From assembly GCA_964619725.1 (NCBI GenBank), contig CAZUFC010000106.1:1-27784 (forward strand): a DNA stretch of 27,784 nucleotides, given 5' to 3'. Below the pieces are notes generated by a model. It worked only from the letters and a program-made list of their open reading frames with translations, ran no database searches and was not told the DNA's origin. Made by a program: the position numbers and the translations under genes. This stretch comes from an uncultured bacterium (GTDB lineage Bacteria > CSSED10-310 > CAZUFC01). How positions within the stretch are numbered: position 1 is the first letter of the stretch; each line of letters starts with the position of its first letter. Shown here piece by piece: positions 27,725 through 27,784 of this stretch.

Positions 27725-27784
27725 TTTTAAAATTCACATCTCCTGACATTGACTGATAAAAAATTGTGAAATGTTTGACGAAAA

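Overview
Bacterial (probably uncultured-lineage) genomic window dominated by minus-strand genes for large, acidic, secreted or surface proteins. From left to right: a 2016-aa gingipain-like C25 cysteine peptidase with tandem accessory domains; a REC-PAS-HisKA-HATPase-REC hybrid kinase; a 647-aa secreted phage-tail-fibre-like protein; a 1097-aa protein with three tandem cohesin-like domains and an IPTL-CTERM-like membrane anchor; a 2887-aa protein with four beta-helix modules that ends in a dockerin-like EF-hand pair plus a cohesin-like domain; a 215-aa single-cohesin anchored protein; and a divergently transcribed phospholipase D-VTT/DedA fusion. The most striking signal is the 11.5-24.6 kb three-gene cluster. 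It carries five copies of one divergent cohesin-like family and one dockerin-like module, and looks like a non-cellulolytic cellulosome-type surface assembly with exosortase-type anchoring. A near-consensus sigma70 promoter and a ~160-nt highly structured, possibly switchable leader lie upstream of the giant gene. Non-coding features include two inverted copies of a ~270-340 bp heptamer-rich palindromic element (8.9 kb and 27.1 kb) and an internally deleted IS200/RAYT-like element with REP-like hairpins at the right end. All domain calls come from motif recognition by eye, not from database searches.
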